Source of the DNA: Podarcis pityusensis
Taxonomy: Eukaryota
Length of the DNA stretch: 64,000 nucleotides
NCBI GenBank assembly: GCA_964106645.2
Contig: OZ067049.1
Direction: 5' to 3' (one strand)
Under the pieces are notes generated by a model. The model saw nothing but the letters and a program-made list of their open reading frames with translations. It was not told the origin of the DNA and searched no databases. Positions 13,977 to 26,860 of this stretch are shown here, piece by piece; the stretch's first letter is position 1, and every line of letters starts with the position of its first letter. The translations under genes and the position numbers were made by a program.

Positions 13977-14096
13977 TGTATATGTACGTGTAAATATATT
14001 ATATGGCCATTATTTCTTCTCTCTTTTCATGTCTTATTTTACCTTGTGCACTGATGATTTCATACTTTCATACATACATACATACATACATACATA

Positions 14097-14342
14097 CAGT
14101 GGTATCTCAGGTTAAGTACTTAATTCGTTCCGGAGATCCGTAATTAACCTGAAACTGTTCTTAACCTGAAGCACCATTTTAGCTAATGGGGCCTTCCGCT
14201 GCTGCTGCGCCACCAGAGCAGGATTTCTGTTCCCATCCTGAAGCAAAGTTCTTAACCTGAAGCACTATTTCTGGGTTAGCAGAGTCTTTAACCTGAAGCG
14301 TATGTAACCTGAAGCATATGAAGCATATGTAACCTGAGGTAC
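14097..14342. mobile_element. Tigger-like MITE, same family, one TIR clipped, within (TACA)n
   Basis: Similarity to 45775-46032. Confidence 0.85.
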
Positions 14343-14360
14343 ATACATACACATACATAA

Positions 14361-14370
<10 letters not shown>

Positions 14371-14418
<48 letters not shown>
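14371..14418. repeat. (AG)n microsatellite
   Basis: Direct reading. Confidence 0.95.
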
Positions 14419-14421
<3 letters not shown>

Positions 14422-16311
14422 CAACAGTTGAAATTGATTGACTAAATGCATGGAATCCCTACAGGGATCTGTCTGGCCCCTGAGAGAAGAAGAGGTTGGA
14501 TTAGATTGGCCATTGGCTTAATCCAGCAGGAGTTTCTTAGGTTCTTATTACAGCTTCAAACTCTCTCTGGCATTCCAAGGATATTGAGGGTGGGAGGGAA
14601 ATGCCACAGGGCCGGGTAGAATAATATAAAAGGAAGATTAAAAACAATGAGAAGAAAGCAAATAAAATCCCCAGCAAGCAAAAATGCTCCTGCTGCTGCA
14701 GAGCTGCAACTATTCCCAGCATGTTCTTATGGTAGCAATATTAGAGCTAACAAATATCCTTCTGCTTATCAGCTGTCAAAACAAATCAGAAACAAAAAAC
14801 TAATCAAGCAACAACTTCTGCGCATTCCTACATGCATTTCCTTTCATTCTTGAAAGCAGTAAATTCATGCGCTGAAGCATACACATCAGAGAAGGGGGAA
14901 ATCTCGCTATCTTTGCCATCTGAAGAACAGGGGCCCTGGCGCAGGACCAGTTGAGCTTGCGAAAGTCATTGTATTTTTATTTACTTATTTATTAAATGAT
15001 ACTTATATATTGCTGTTTCATTAAAAGCATCCAAGTGATTTACAAGAAAAATGCATAAAATTGCACAGTACAAACTATCTATTTATTTATTTATTTATCT
15101 ATCGATGTATCTCGGTTATCTTATTTTATGGATTGGGTTTTCAGCAGTTTGCTTGCTTTGCGGCATTAACCTTGAAGAATTCTCGTAAAGGCATTAATTA
15201 AAATGGCATACATTTGCAATCATTTAGATGAATTCCCATGCAGAGGTGAAGAGATCAATTATGGGGAACTGCTGGGTTCGTTCTTTATTGGAGCATTCTT
15301 TTGTATTTTCTCACTACAGAACCATAATCTTCAAAAAATTGTTATTGATTGTGCCAGAAAAGAAGTCATTGTTATTCAAACAGAGCTTCCTTCAGGTCTC
15401 TAAATCAAATACCTCTTTGCTGTGTCTTCATATCAAGAACGGCTATCTAAGACATGATACTTTCAAGTTGCAATAGAAAAGTGAGTTTGACTTGATTTGT
15501 ATTGGGTTTCTAATATTCCCAACACAGAGAGGAGGCAGGGCTCAGTTGTAGAAGTTACAGACGGGAATTTCCTCCCCTGCATATTATAGAGTAAACACAG
15601 GCACCAAAACTCTAAATCATCCTTTGTTTCATCAGTGATAAAAATGGTGGATGTTTTAAAGGCCAGAGGCACAAGTACCGCATGATTAGAGGCCTTAAAA
15701 TCAATGACATATTTGCCAAGAATGCCAATAGATGTTTTTTATTCATGTGGCATTAAGGCAATATATCAGTGTTACTTCATTTAAGTTAGTTCTTTTACTT
15801 GCTGGATCTAAAGAGCTGTTTGGGAGCTCACACAAAAATTTTGTCCTAGAACAGTGGAACTCTGCTGTTAGTTCACTGTGGAGGAAGAAAGAAATGTCTA
15901 AGAGAGGGGAACTGGAAGGAGTAGCCAAAGTCTTTGTTTAATTCAAAAATATTAAATTATTATATTATTACATACATACCAGCCCATCAATTTTATGGAA
16001 AAGTTGGTATTTTTTGTAGCGTTTTGGAACAACAAGTTCAATGATAATGCCCAGTCTTATACTGCTTTCAACTTTCTGTAACAGTATTTCTTTATGTTCT
16101 TTATCTTTGGTATATTTTGTTTACTGATAAAATAAAATAAAACTATATTAAAATAACATAATGTGTTTTCCTTTTCATCCTTCCTCTTCTCCTCACCATT
16201 TCCCCCTTCCTTGATTATGTGAGTGTTGTTAAAAGTGGGCTCATGATTATATTTGTTGGGTTGATCGTTTCATTGGGTTGATTATAGAATAAATCTTCAT
16301 GGATGTGCATT

Positions 16312-16618
16312 ATTGTTGTTGTTGAGTCGTTTAGTCGTGTCCGACTCTTCGTGACCCCATGGACCAGAGCACGCCAGGCACTTCTGTCTTCCACTGCCTC
16401 CTGCAGTTTGGTCAAATTCATGCTGGTAGCTTCAAGAACACTATCCAACCATCTCGTCCTCTGTCGTCCCCTTCTTCTTGTGCCCTCCATCTTTCCCAAC
16501 ATCAGGGTCTTTTCTCTTCTCATGAGGTGGCCAAAGTATTGGAGCCTCAGCTTCACGATCTGTCCTTCCAGTGAGCACTCAGGGCTGATTTCCTTAAGAA
16601 TGGAGAGGTTTGATCTCC
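16312..16618 (-). mobile_element. BovB (RTE clade LINE) 3' fragment, 5'-truncated
   Basis: ORF 16215-16637(-) contains RSNLSILKEISPECSLEG...YFGHLMRR...EGTRRRGRQRTRWLD...WRALVHGVTKSRTRLND; (CAA)n tail; TSD GATGTGCATT (16302-16311 / 16629-16638). Confidence 0.93.
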
Positions 16619-17924
16619 ATTGTGCATTGATGTGCATTGGGGAGGTATAAAAAGATATGCTTTTATTTATGTTGTGATTTGAAGAAATTTAATTTCAATT
16701 TTACTAACAATAGATCCACAGTTGCGCTTAAATTTCTTCAACATATTTTTGGACAGGGAAGTTAGACAAGCTATTTTGCTAAATATTCTCTAGGATGGGG
16801 AAACTGAAAAACACAAGGAAGGAAGGAAATGGTAAAAAATGTTAACAGAACATTTTCTGAGAAATTTCAGTTCAGCTCTGGAATATTCACCCCTTGGACA
16901 CAATGAAGGAAAGTCAGCCGACAGCACTTTTCTTATATTGACTTGAGGTTCAAGTCTTATATAACAGAAACTACATTATTTGGACTTCTCCATTTTCCAG
17001 TCTGTAAGCCAGTCATTTCTAGCTGAGGACACATGAAAGCATCAGCGTGGTTGTCTCACACACTCAAAGCTCCATCTTCCTGCTAAAAGCTCTGGCATAT
17101 TTAATTTTTACGTGTTGATCCAGGCCAAAAAAACGACTTCCATAATAGCTTGTTGTGGTGAATGAAATAATTTATGCTTGTCTTGTTCTTTAAATTCACA
17201 CCCAGCGTTAAGTGATTGTAAGTGCTGCGCTTTCTCAGTGTCACACTGACTTTCAGGACGGATGCCTGTGTGTTATGAGCAGCCAAGAAAATGAGCTGGA
17301 ATAGCTGGTGTTCATCCTTCACAGTTCCCTAGAGGCCTGCTGAACACTACCTCATCGGCTAGGGCTAATGGTTGAATTACCTAACCCCTATTCAAATGTC
17401 CAGTGCTAAATGCATTTGAGGGAGAATGGGGGCCATGGCTGCTTGCTTCATCCCTTCTGTTGCAGTCCCAGCGTTCAACTCCATTACCCACACCAAAGAT
17501 ATGTGGGGGGAAGACTTCTCTACATGCATAGGCTTCCATAGGCAATCTAGAACTCCTGATCATGCAGGGTTCTAAACCAGGCGGTAAATTTATTTGAGTA
17601 CATCAGGCTCCCTAGTGCAGTCCTCCTCCTCCAGAGCATGGAGGGTTACAGGACCAAGCAATGGGAAGGATGTAATTTCGGAGAGCACATTCTCACACCC
17701 TCTTCCCTCCAACAATGGTAATTGCAGGGAAGGCTAATGCCTGTGGAGGGCTTCAGGGAAATCAGCACACAGTCAAGGGGTGGAAGAGTTTTAGGAACCC
17801 TCCAGATGATGTATTTATTGAGCATTCAAATCTGATTTGCTTGCACAAAGCTTCCATGGAAGTTAGAATATGGCTGCATTCACACAGCAGTTTATTCCAT
17901 TTTCCTGACGTTTCCCTAGCTGTT

Positions 17925-18755
17925 AATTTCTTTATTTTTGACATATTTTATTTATGATTTTCAGTTTTATACATTTCAATAATTTTACAGCCATTTTAAC
18001 ATTTCAAAACTTGACTTCCTTCCCCTTCTTTCTGCCGTTCCTTAAATTTTTAATATTTTCTGCATATTCAAATTAACTTAATTTGTTCATTTATTCATCT
18101 ACAGTGGTGCCTCGCAAGACGAAAAGAATCGGTTCCGAGAGTCTCTTCGTCTTGCGGGTTTTTTCGTCTTGCGAAGCAAGCCCATTAGAGGTTTAGCAGC
18201 TTAGCGCTACAGTATTAGCGGCTTAGCCGGCTTAAAGATCAGCTGATAAGCGGCTTAGCATCAGCTGTTAAGCGGCTTAAAGATCAGCTGATAAGCGGCT
18301 TAGCATCAGCTGTTAAGCGGCTTAAAGATCAGTTGATAAGCGGCTTAGCCATCAGCTGATAAGCGGTTTAGCGGCTTGGGAAAAAGGGGGGGGGGGAGGA
18401 AAAAAACCCTGCAGGAACTCGCAAGACATTTTCGTCTTGTGAAGCAAGCACATAGGAAATTCATTTTGCGAAGCACCTCCAAAACGGAAAACCCTTTCGT
18501 CTAGCGGGTTTTCCGTCTTGCGAGGCATTCGTCTTGCGGGGCACCACTGTACTTCAACACAACTGCAGGTTATTACAATAATCCTGCCAATGTTCTTATC
18601 TGTTTACAGTTTGTTTGTAAATATTCAATAAACCATTTCCATTCTTTTATAAAAAGTTTGTTATCTTGCTTTCTTATTTTTCCGGTAAGTTTTGCCATTT
18701 CTGCATATTCCATAAGTTTTTGCATACATTCTTCTTTTGCTGGGACTTCTTCTAG
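17925..18755 (-). mobile_element. L1-clade LINE 3' end interrupted by a MITE
   Basis: Minus strand reads EEVPAKEECMQKLMEYAEMAKLTGKIRKQDNKLFIKEWKWFIEYLQ...GLL*, followed by a 3' UTR and A-rich tail. Confidence 0.75.
18102..18549. mobile_element. Tigger-like MITE with internal minisatellite, nested in L1
   Basis: TIR CAGTGGTGCCTCGCAAGACGAA / TTCGTCTTGCGGGGCACCACTG, TA TSD. Confidence 0.9.
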
Positions 18756-19777
18756 CTGTTAGTTTCCAGCAACCTTCTACTAGCTTTGCCTCCACTCCAG
18801 CCTTGCCTCCAGCATGGCCTCCAACATCTGACCAGAACACAACAGTTCCATATATATTATATAAAGCTGCTTCTCACACACAGCTTCCCAAGTGCTCATC
18901 ACAAATCCTACCCATGCAAGTGAATTTCCCATTCAGGAGACTATTTCAGCAAATCACAGACTCTAATTGAGTAACGCTTTAGAAGATAGCGATAGCATAA
19001 CCTATTCACAGTTGTCAGACAGCAACAGTCCAGTTAGTGGTTAATCATCTGTATGGATTCCTCAGAATACAAATACGAAGAAAACTAAACAAAAATAATA
19101 AATCTTGAATTGGAGTAAAACAAAAACATTCACAACAGGGACACTACTCATCTCTCTATATGTTCCCCATGTTCATCTCTAGCAGAAAAAATTATCTGAA
19201 AATATAGCTCTAACAATTTACTGAAGAAGTAAAAGATAATGAGTTTGATACTGTTCTTTAAACGGATATTGATGGATGACTATAGCAGACTAAATTAAGA
19301 ACAGCTGCTCTGAGCCTAGGTGAAATAAAGTAGATTTAGGCTACAATGAGATAAGCAAACACTAGATGTGATTCTTAGATGAGCAAAGCACAAAGCTGGC
19401 AGTCTCTAATAAACTACTTAATGGTTTCCATATTAGTACACTTAGTTTGTAGTTTGCTTCTGGATAGCTTCAATTGTGTTTTAATGCATGTTTAATCACC
19501 CCGTCTACTTTCATCCATGAGTTCTTCTCAGTAGCCTCTTGAAAGAAGAGTTGGTGTTTGGAAGTATATATAGCTAAGCAGCAAAGCCCAAACATATGAG
19601 TGTGGAGTGTCAAGTTCAGAAATGCACCAACTTCCATGAAAACTATTGCATTCCCCCCCACCCTCCAGTTTTTTTTGAAGAATATAATCTATTTTTAAGT
19701 TTGGAAAACTACACCAGAAGCATTTGGACACCGGCCCTATAGAAAAAGGAGGATCTTTTAATATAGCTCAAGGTTCC

Positions 19778-20045
19778 ATAGAATCATAGATTTGTAGAGT
19801 GGGGAGGGACCGCATGGATCACCTATTGCAACCTGCTGCAATGCAGAAATCACAATTAAAGAATCCCCATCAGATCCAACCTCTGTTAAAAACCACCAGT
19901 GAAGGAGAGCCTTCTGAGTCCATTCCACTGCCAAATAGCTCTTGCCATCATAAAGTTCTTCCTCATGTTTAGTTGGAAATTTTCTTTCTTGTAATTTTAA
20001 TCCGTTGGTTTGAGTCATATCCTCTGGAGCAGCAGAACACAAGCG
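19778..20045 (-). mobile_element. CR1 LINE 3' fragment
   Basis: CATAGAATCATAG tail; minus strand TQTNGLKLQERKF resembles the CR1 ORF2 end. Confidence 0.8.
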
Positions 20046-21659
20046 TGCGACTTTCAGCACCCAACTTATGATCATGAAGATAGCAACCACATTTTGATGC
20101 ACACTTAACTCCAACTGAAATCAGTGGGACTTTCACGTTCCTGCTCTATTGGATTGTGGGGTTAGTTACTTTTTACACTAATCACACCTCCCCACCACCA
20201 CCACCAACCCCAGAAGTTTAAGATGGTGTACATGGTCCTTCCCTCCATTTTATCCATTTATTTACAATTCTGTGAGGTTGGTTGGGTCAAGAGAGCAATT
20301 GGCATGAATTAGCCCAATATGATACTATGTAGCTGAGGGAGGATTGGAACACAGGCCTCCTTGGTCCTGTTGTGGCCACACTACATAACACACATATACC
20401 ACACTCACTCTTGCATGACATACGGGAGTTCATTCGTACTGTAAAGCTGTTTCACTCACATTGGCTTTTAGCATCTCCCCAGATCCAGGAGAAGGAGGGA
20501 GGCTGGAGAAGAAAAGCACTACTTGCTTCAAGGTATATTCTAAATATTTCATGCTCACAAATGCATTCCACTAGCGAGTGAACGGCTGACATCCTTTACG
20601 ATTCACTGTGGCATTTCAGCTCTCAGGAGCCAGCGTGTTACATCCATGTTATGTTACATCCACAGTTCAGCAGCTAGAATCACATAAGGTGCTTGTTTCA
20701 TTGGTGTGCACACTTCTTTGCATGTTCAGGCCTGCTTTCATGTATGGTCTAGTAAAGTGTTTGCTTCAGGATCAATGTGACATCTTATCCATGACAAAAC
20801 AGCAAATGTAATAAAATCAGAAAAGGATTAATGATGCTATAAAACCATCGATTCAGAGTTCCCCCAATCATCACCACCATCATTAATAAAGGCATAATAA
20901 CAGCAGAGCCTCTGACAAATATTTGCAGCCAGTCTCCCATATACGTGTATGAGTGATATTGACAAAACTAATGAAAACAATTAGGAAAGTAATAAATTGG
21001 CTGCAATTACTTATTCCTGGTCATCTACTTTTGTTTTTGTCTTCCATTAGTTGTGTTCCCTCTGCAAACACGACAAGTATAAATTTCACACTATACCATA
21101 CTAAATTTCTAACACATGCTTGGGGTGGCATTGCGATGATCTTTCAACACTTTTTCTGCTAAATGAATTAACCGGGATCCTTATATTGTATTTCTAGCTA
21201 TCAGTCTTCCTTTGTGAACAGCAAGTCATGCTATTAATAGTCTCAGTTTCCTTGACAATTAATGTTGTCTTCAGAATATTATCATTTTTTTTCATATCTT
21301 GTGTACCTGATAAGCAGGCTGATAATTAGTGGGAAATGTTCTCCAAAGTGCGGCCAATGCAGAAAAGCGAGGAGGCGGCGAATATGGGCATATTGGAAGG
21401 GTGAAGAACCCTAACATGAGGGCAGAGGTCATTAGAGAAATGCCCTGCCGTGGTGACAGTCCATTGCTTGGAGGAATAGGATGATCAGATGCAAAGAAGA
21501 CAGGACTTCTGAATCGTTAGCTGAATCAGTGTGCTGCAGTTTTTAGATCAGGGGTAGGCAACCTCCAGGCCTCTCCATTTGGCCCTCAGAGTTCTCCTCT
21601 TACTGGTCTTGCTTCACAACCCAAAGTGTTTTTGCCCTCAAACTCTGATAATGCCTCTT

Positions 21660-22017
21660 GTCTTTAAAGCCCTAAATGGCTTTGGCCCTTTACGCCTGAA
21701 AGAATGTCTCCACCCCCATCGTTCAGCCCAGACACTGAGGTCCAGTGTTGAGGGCCTTCTGGCAGTTCCCTCACTGCGAGAAGTGAGGTTGCAGGGAACA
21801 GGCAGAGGGCCTTCTTGGTAGTGGCGCCCAGGCCGGGGAATGCCCTCCCAACAGATGTCAAGGAAATAACAATCTGATGTTTAGAAGGCATCTGAAGGCA
21901 GCCCTGTTTAGGGAAGTTTTAAATGTTTGATGTTTTATCGTGTTTTTAATATTTCTGTTGGGAGCCACCCAGAGCGGCTGGGGAAACTTAGCCAGATGGG
22001 TGAGGTATAAATAATAA

Positions 22018-22062
<45 letters not shown>
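21660..22062 (+). mobile_element. L2 LINE 3' end with (TTA)n tail
   Basis: FKALNGFGPLRLKECL...TLRSSVEGLLAVP; typical L2 3' terminus and simple-repeat tail. Confidence 0.85.
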
Positions 22063-23931
22063 GAATGGGGGCCCCTGTTGTAGTCTCATTGCTAAACAAC
22101 TGGCAGAGCTCAGTGGAGTGGGAGCCCAGCCAACCAGAAGAGTCTATGAAGTGTACTTGCCTAGAGGCAGAGGCAGCATCTGAAGTCAGGTCCAGTCCTA
22201 GGGTTGGGTGAACAGCAATCTGCTTGGTCGGATGATCCAGGGGTCTGGGAATCTGATGCTCATGGGGTCAAGATGAGCAGGAAGCAGCAAGATAGGACCA
22301 GGAACTACAAGCATTGCTACTGACTGCTGCTGGAAGCTCTGCTTAAGAAGGCTGAAGCCAGCTGGTTCTCATCAGCGCCTTTTCCTCTGAGTCCTTGAAG
22401 ACTGATCAGCTGCAGGTGGAGTCACTCCGTCTTCTCTGCCTTCAGGGTGCTGTTCAGCAGGCAAAGCTGACTCCTGGCCCATGACACCCTCAAGCTGAAG
22501 AAGGCTCCCCACCTCTGGGTTAGAGGAGGACTGGGGAGTCCTCAAATCCCCATTCAGCCTCATTGGATGATCTTGAGTTTCTTTCTGTGTCTCTTGGGCC
22601 AACCCACCCATCTTGTGAGGAGAAAATGTAGGAAAGATGCAGATATACCACCTTGAGATCTCTGAAGGAAAGGCAGATATTAATGTAGCAAAATACATGC
22701 GTAATATGCATGAAGAAGAGAGAACTTGTACAAGCTTAGCACATCATGAGGGGCTGAAAATGCTCCACCTGCAGATATCCCTTAGTCTACACAAAAGGGG
22801 AGATACAGAAGCCCCTTTCCCTCTTGCATCTGGTTGGCCCACCAGAGGACATGCATAGGACCACCCTGGTCCATTCTCCACTTCCATCCCCTTGACTTGT
22901 CCCTCAACTGTCTGCACTGGCATTTGTGTGTAATAACTTTCCAGGATGTCTGTGAACTTGGCAGAACATCCAGCTCAGTACGCTGGGGCAGCCCATCAAA
23001 TAAATCAGATGCCTATTTGGCTAGGATTTCTTAATCAGCTTTCTATCAATCACTCTATTAGGCTATGATCCAAAGTGGTACACTCATGCTTATTGTGGAT
23101 GCAGCCAGAATTATTCTGAGAATTTCCATCTCAGCACTTGCCCCGCAAGGAACTTTCAACATGCCTTTTGTAGCTCCCTATTAGGAAGGGTTGGCACCAG
23201 TCTTAAATCATGTGTACTCCAGGACAATGATTGCATTGGTGACGTTGCTGAACTACCATGTTCAGGGCCAGCCAAGCATGTGGGACATCAACATTCCAGT
23301 CATTAGTCTAGCAGAGGGTTCCCCACCTTCTCTGCTCCCCCAGCTTTCACTCATTAAATCCACACTCCACTAATAATAACCTTTCCTACACCTTTGCTCC
23401 CTCAATCTAGTTCTTCCAAAACCACCCCTTGAAGGAATGTGAGCTATTTAACCACAAATATATTTACTTTTCATTAACTGAATTCTGTTCTGTTGTGTTT
23501 CTCTTCTGCTGATTAAGGTCACTGTATGTCAACCACTGGAATTGTATTCCTTCATCTGTGGAAACTATTCTACTATTGGACAGTTTTTTGGTTGTTGTTT
23601 TTTTTAAAATCCACTTAAGATAGTTCTTCTTTTTCTTTATACTTTGCAAGGGAACCCACAAGTAGCTTAACAACATGCATACATACATAGGGTGTATCTT
23701 ATATTGTGACCCAGAAGATGGACATAAGTACTCCTGACATAAATGAAACTGACAGTTGGGATGGCTGTCTGGCTGAGGACCACAGAAGAGGTTTGCAGTG
23801 GCCTATAAAAATAGCAGGTTTTACTTATGGCATGTGAGTCAGTTGGCCCATTCTCTATAGTCATGTAATGGCATGGGCAAGGATCACTGTAATCTGTGCA
23901 TGTAGAAATGAACCTGCATTATACTGAATTA

Positions 23932-24448
23932 CCGTATTTTTCGCTCCATAAGAAGCACCTGACCATAAGACGCACATAGTTTTTAGAGGAGGAAAACAAG
24001 AAAAAATATTCTGAACAAAACATTGGATGTAGGATTTTTTGGGTGCAGGCTGTAGCCATGGAGATGCTATGTGATCTGATGGTGAATTTGGGGTGACCCA
24101 ATGCAAAAATCCTGAGGATCCATGGGCTTTTACCTCCCCTCTCCCCGGCAACCTCCCCTAGCGTCCCTTATCTCTCTCCCGATCCCACCAATCAGCTGCT
24201 TCCTTTCAACACTCCCTTCCCTATTGTTTGCCTTGGTGTCTTTTCCTTAGCTGGAGCAGTTTTTTGCTCCTCCTTTTCTTCTAATTTCTCTCCTCACTTC
24301 CCTCTTTTTTTAAAAAAAAAGCATGATCTGCTTTTTGCCCCTGGGCAATTCGGCTCCAGGGACCACACATTCGCTCCATAGGACGCACAGACATTTCCCC
24401 TCACTTTTTAGGAAGAAAAAAGTGTGTCTTATGGAGCGAAAAATACGG
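23932..24448. mobile_element. Tc2/pogo-like MITE
   Basis: TIR CCGTATTTTTCGCTCCATAAGA / TCTTATGGAGCGAAAAATACGG, TA TSD. Confidence 0.9.
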
Positions 24449-26860
24449 TATGTCACTGGTGCATCTTCTCCCAGCACAGTGTGTGCTTTGAGGTAGGACC
24501 GAAATGAGATGTGGCAGGAACGGGGGGGGGGGGGGGAGGAATTGCAAGTAGCATTTTACCCTCTCCCTTTTCCTCTTCAGTCCACTGAGTATACAAATCC
24601 ACAAGGTGAGATTATGAGAAACTGTGGCCCAGATCCCAAGAAACTTAGTCATTTTAAAGTCCCGCTGAAACAAGCAAGACAAGTTTGTTATGAAATTCAT
24701 TAATTTTGATGGGATTTTTAACACATGAGCTTCCATTGGATCTAAGCCATGGTATTTTGGTGTCATCTCTGTGCTGATTCATTGGCAGGAGATTCAGGAG
24801 CAAAACAGCTCCGACAAAGAAGCTGCTGTGTGGATATTCCCACCGGCACTGTTCATTGCATTAAGGGACACAATCAGAGAAAGGGAAGGAGAGGTAATTT
24901 GCATTCATCTGCAATTACTGCAGCTTCTGGCAGTTTTGCAATATGAAAGCAGTTCACATATCATAGCATCCAAAGGAGTTCTTAAGCACAGGAGTAAGGC
25001 TGTGAATCGTGCAATTTTCTTCTGCTTTATTTGTCCCACCGGGCATTAAATTTGTCGCGAGATGCAGTGCGTGGTCTATCGTAGCAAAATGCGGAAGTTT
25101 CTTCCAACGGAAGCCTCATTTGGAACTGCCTAACAACATGGGATTCTTTACAGAAAATAAAAGGGGCATTTCCCCTATGTGGTGGCTTGTAATTTTCTCG
25201 TGGAAAATTGCCAGCCATTTTCATGTGAAAAGCCCCTAGGTGTAATGAACTGAAACTTAAACAAGGGAAAATGTGCCGTTGACTAAAGACTGTATCGGCG
25301 AAGAAAAAGCAAAATGTTAGGTGGCAGCACAGCTTCCAGCGGGAGTTGACAGAGTCCTCATTAAAGGTGTCATTAAAAAATTTAGAAATTAGAAGTGGGA
25401 ACCAAGAAGAATGTGTGGGTGGCGAGGGGGGAAGCAGGATAAAGATGCATCCCCATCTTTTTGTCTCCTTCCCTTGTCTCCTTCTCTGTCTCTCCGGTTG
25501 CCTCCAGACAGTCAATATTTTGCAGGAGGGAATTCAAGCACGTACTGGAAATGTAGGTTTGTGCAGTTACAATGGATTAAAGAGCTCTGCTGGCCTAGCA
25601 CAACAAACCCACTTCCCTTAAAAAAGAAAAAAAAATGGACTTTTTGCTGTTAGGAAAGTGGTAGGGAAATCTAGTGAAAAGTGTGGGGTGAACAAATGAT
25701 TAATGGAAAGACATATAACCACCGTTGTTAAGTCTCAGGATGGAATAACCATGCAAACAAGTCAAGATTAAATCTGGATCAGTGCTCATTGTGGTATAAC
25801 CTTCCTGGAACCCTGAATGAATGCTCAGCAAAGACAGCACATCATTTGACTTCTGTGTAAGCTTTGCACAAGTGACTCAGGATGAATGTTCACTAAATGG
25901 GTCATCAGAAGCAGTCCTCACAAACATGCACGTTTCCTCTCACACACCTGTACATCCACACTGGCTTTCCTGCTCCTGTCCCCTGCACAGGTGGATGTGC
26001 AATTTCTTCCCGTTTATCTCAGTTTTTTAAAATCTTAAATTCACATTTCCACTCTGGTTTGCAATTTTTAAAAAAGAGTCATTGTAAAAATTCATCAGCA
26101 TTATAGGGTGAATTTCTCCCAATATACACATTTTGTATGCAGTTTTGTATAGTATACGTATATATGTGATTGCAAAGCAACTTCCCCATATGTAATGCAT
26201 TTTTGTATGTTATTTTCCATAATATATGTATTTTTATATGCACTTCCCCCTAGCACATGCATTTCAGAACATATTACTGGGTTATAGAAATGCATGCATC
26301 CAATTCTCTTTTAAAGCCATCAAAGTTGGTGGCCATAAGCCTACAGCTGAATATTGAGTCTGAGGGACTTTGAATATTCACTTGTGTCAATCTCAGTTCT
26401 TGGAATCAGTCCTGTATTGTTGAGCGGTTTAGAGGCTGACTTTCAATTGTATACCTGCTTGAAGTGTTCTGTTTCCTTCCTCCTCTCTTTCCCCCTCCCT
26501 GTTTATTAAATATTAACTCCTGGTTTGACAGTTCTGTTAAGTTATCCACCAACTATTTGCTTTGCCTCCTGACAGGGGACATAGGACTGTCAGCACCAGA
26601 CACTATTTTGTTGGCCCTAGTATTCCACTGCCATCCACCCACTACTGTTTGAACCCAGAACTCATAGGTCTCTCTGTAAAAAGGGAAGGAAAGTAGGATT
26701 GTGCACGTGCGCGCGCGCGCACACACACACACACACCAGTCTCCCCTGTTACCTGGGGCCTTAACTGTTGGAGTCACAAGTGTGACTCACAGAATCTCTC
26801 TCCTGCTCAAAATAATGTAGGAGAAGTGATCCTAAGTGGGCTATCAATTTGGGTCTCCTT

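Noticed and set aside
14915-14975. Second hammerhead (CTGAAGA...GAAAGTC)
   Set aside because: Stem I does not pair and stem II is not closed next to the core.
18228-18365. CRISPR-like array
   Set aside because: No unique spacers, lies inside a MITE, eukaryotic context, no cas genes.
20053-20073. Full RE1/NRSE site starting TTCAGCACC
   Set aside because: The right half GGACAGCGCC is absent.
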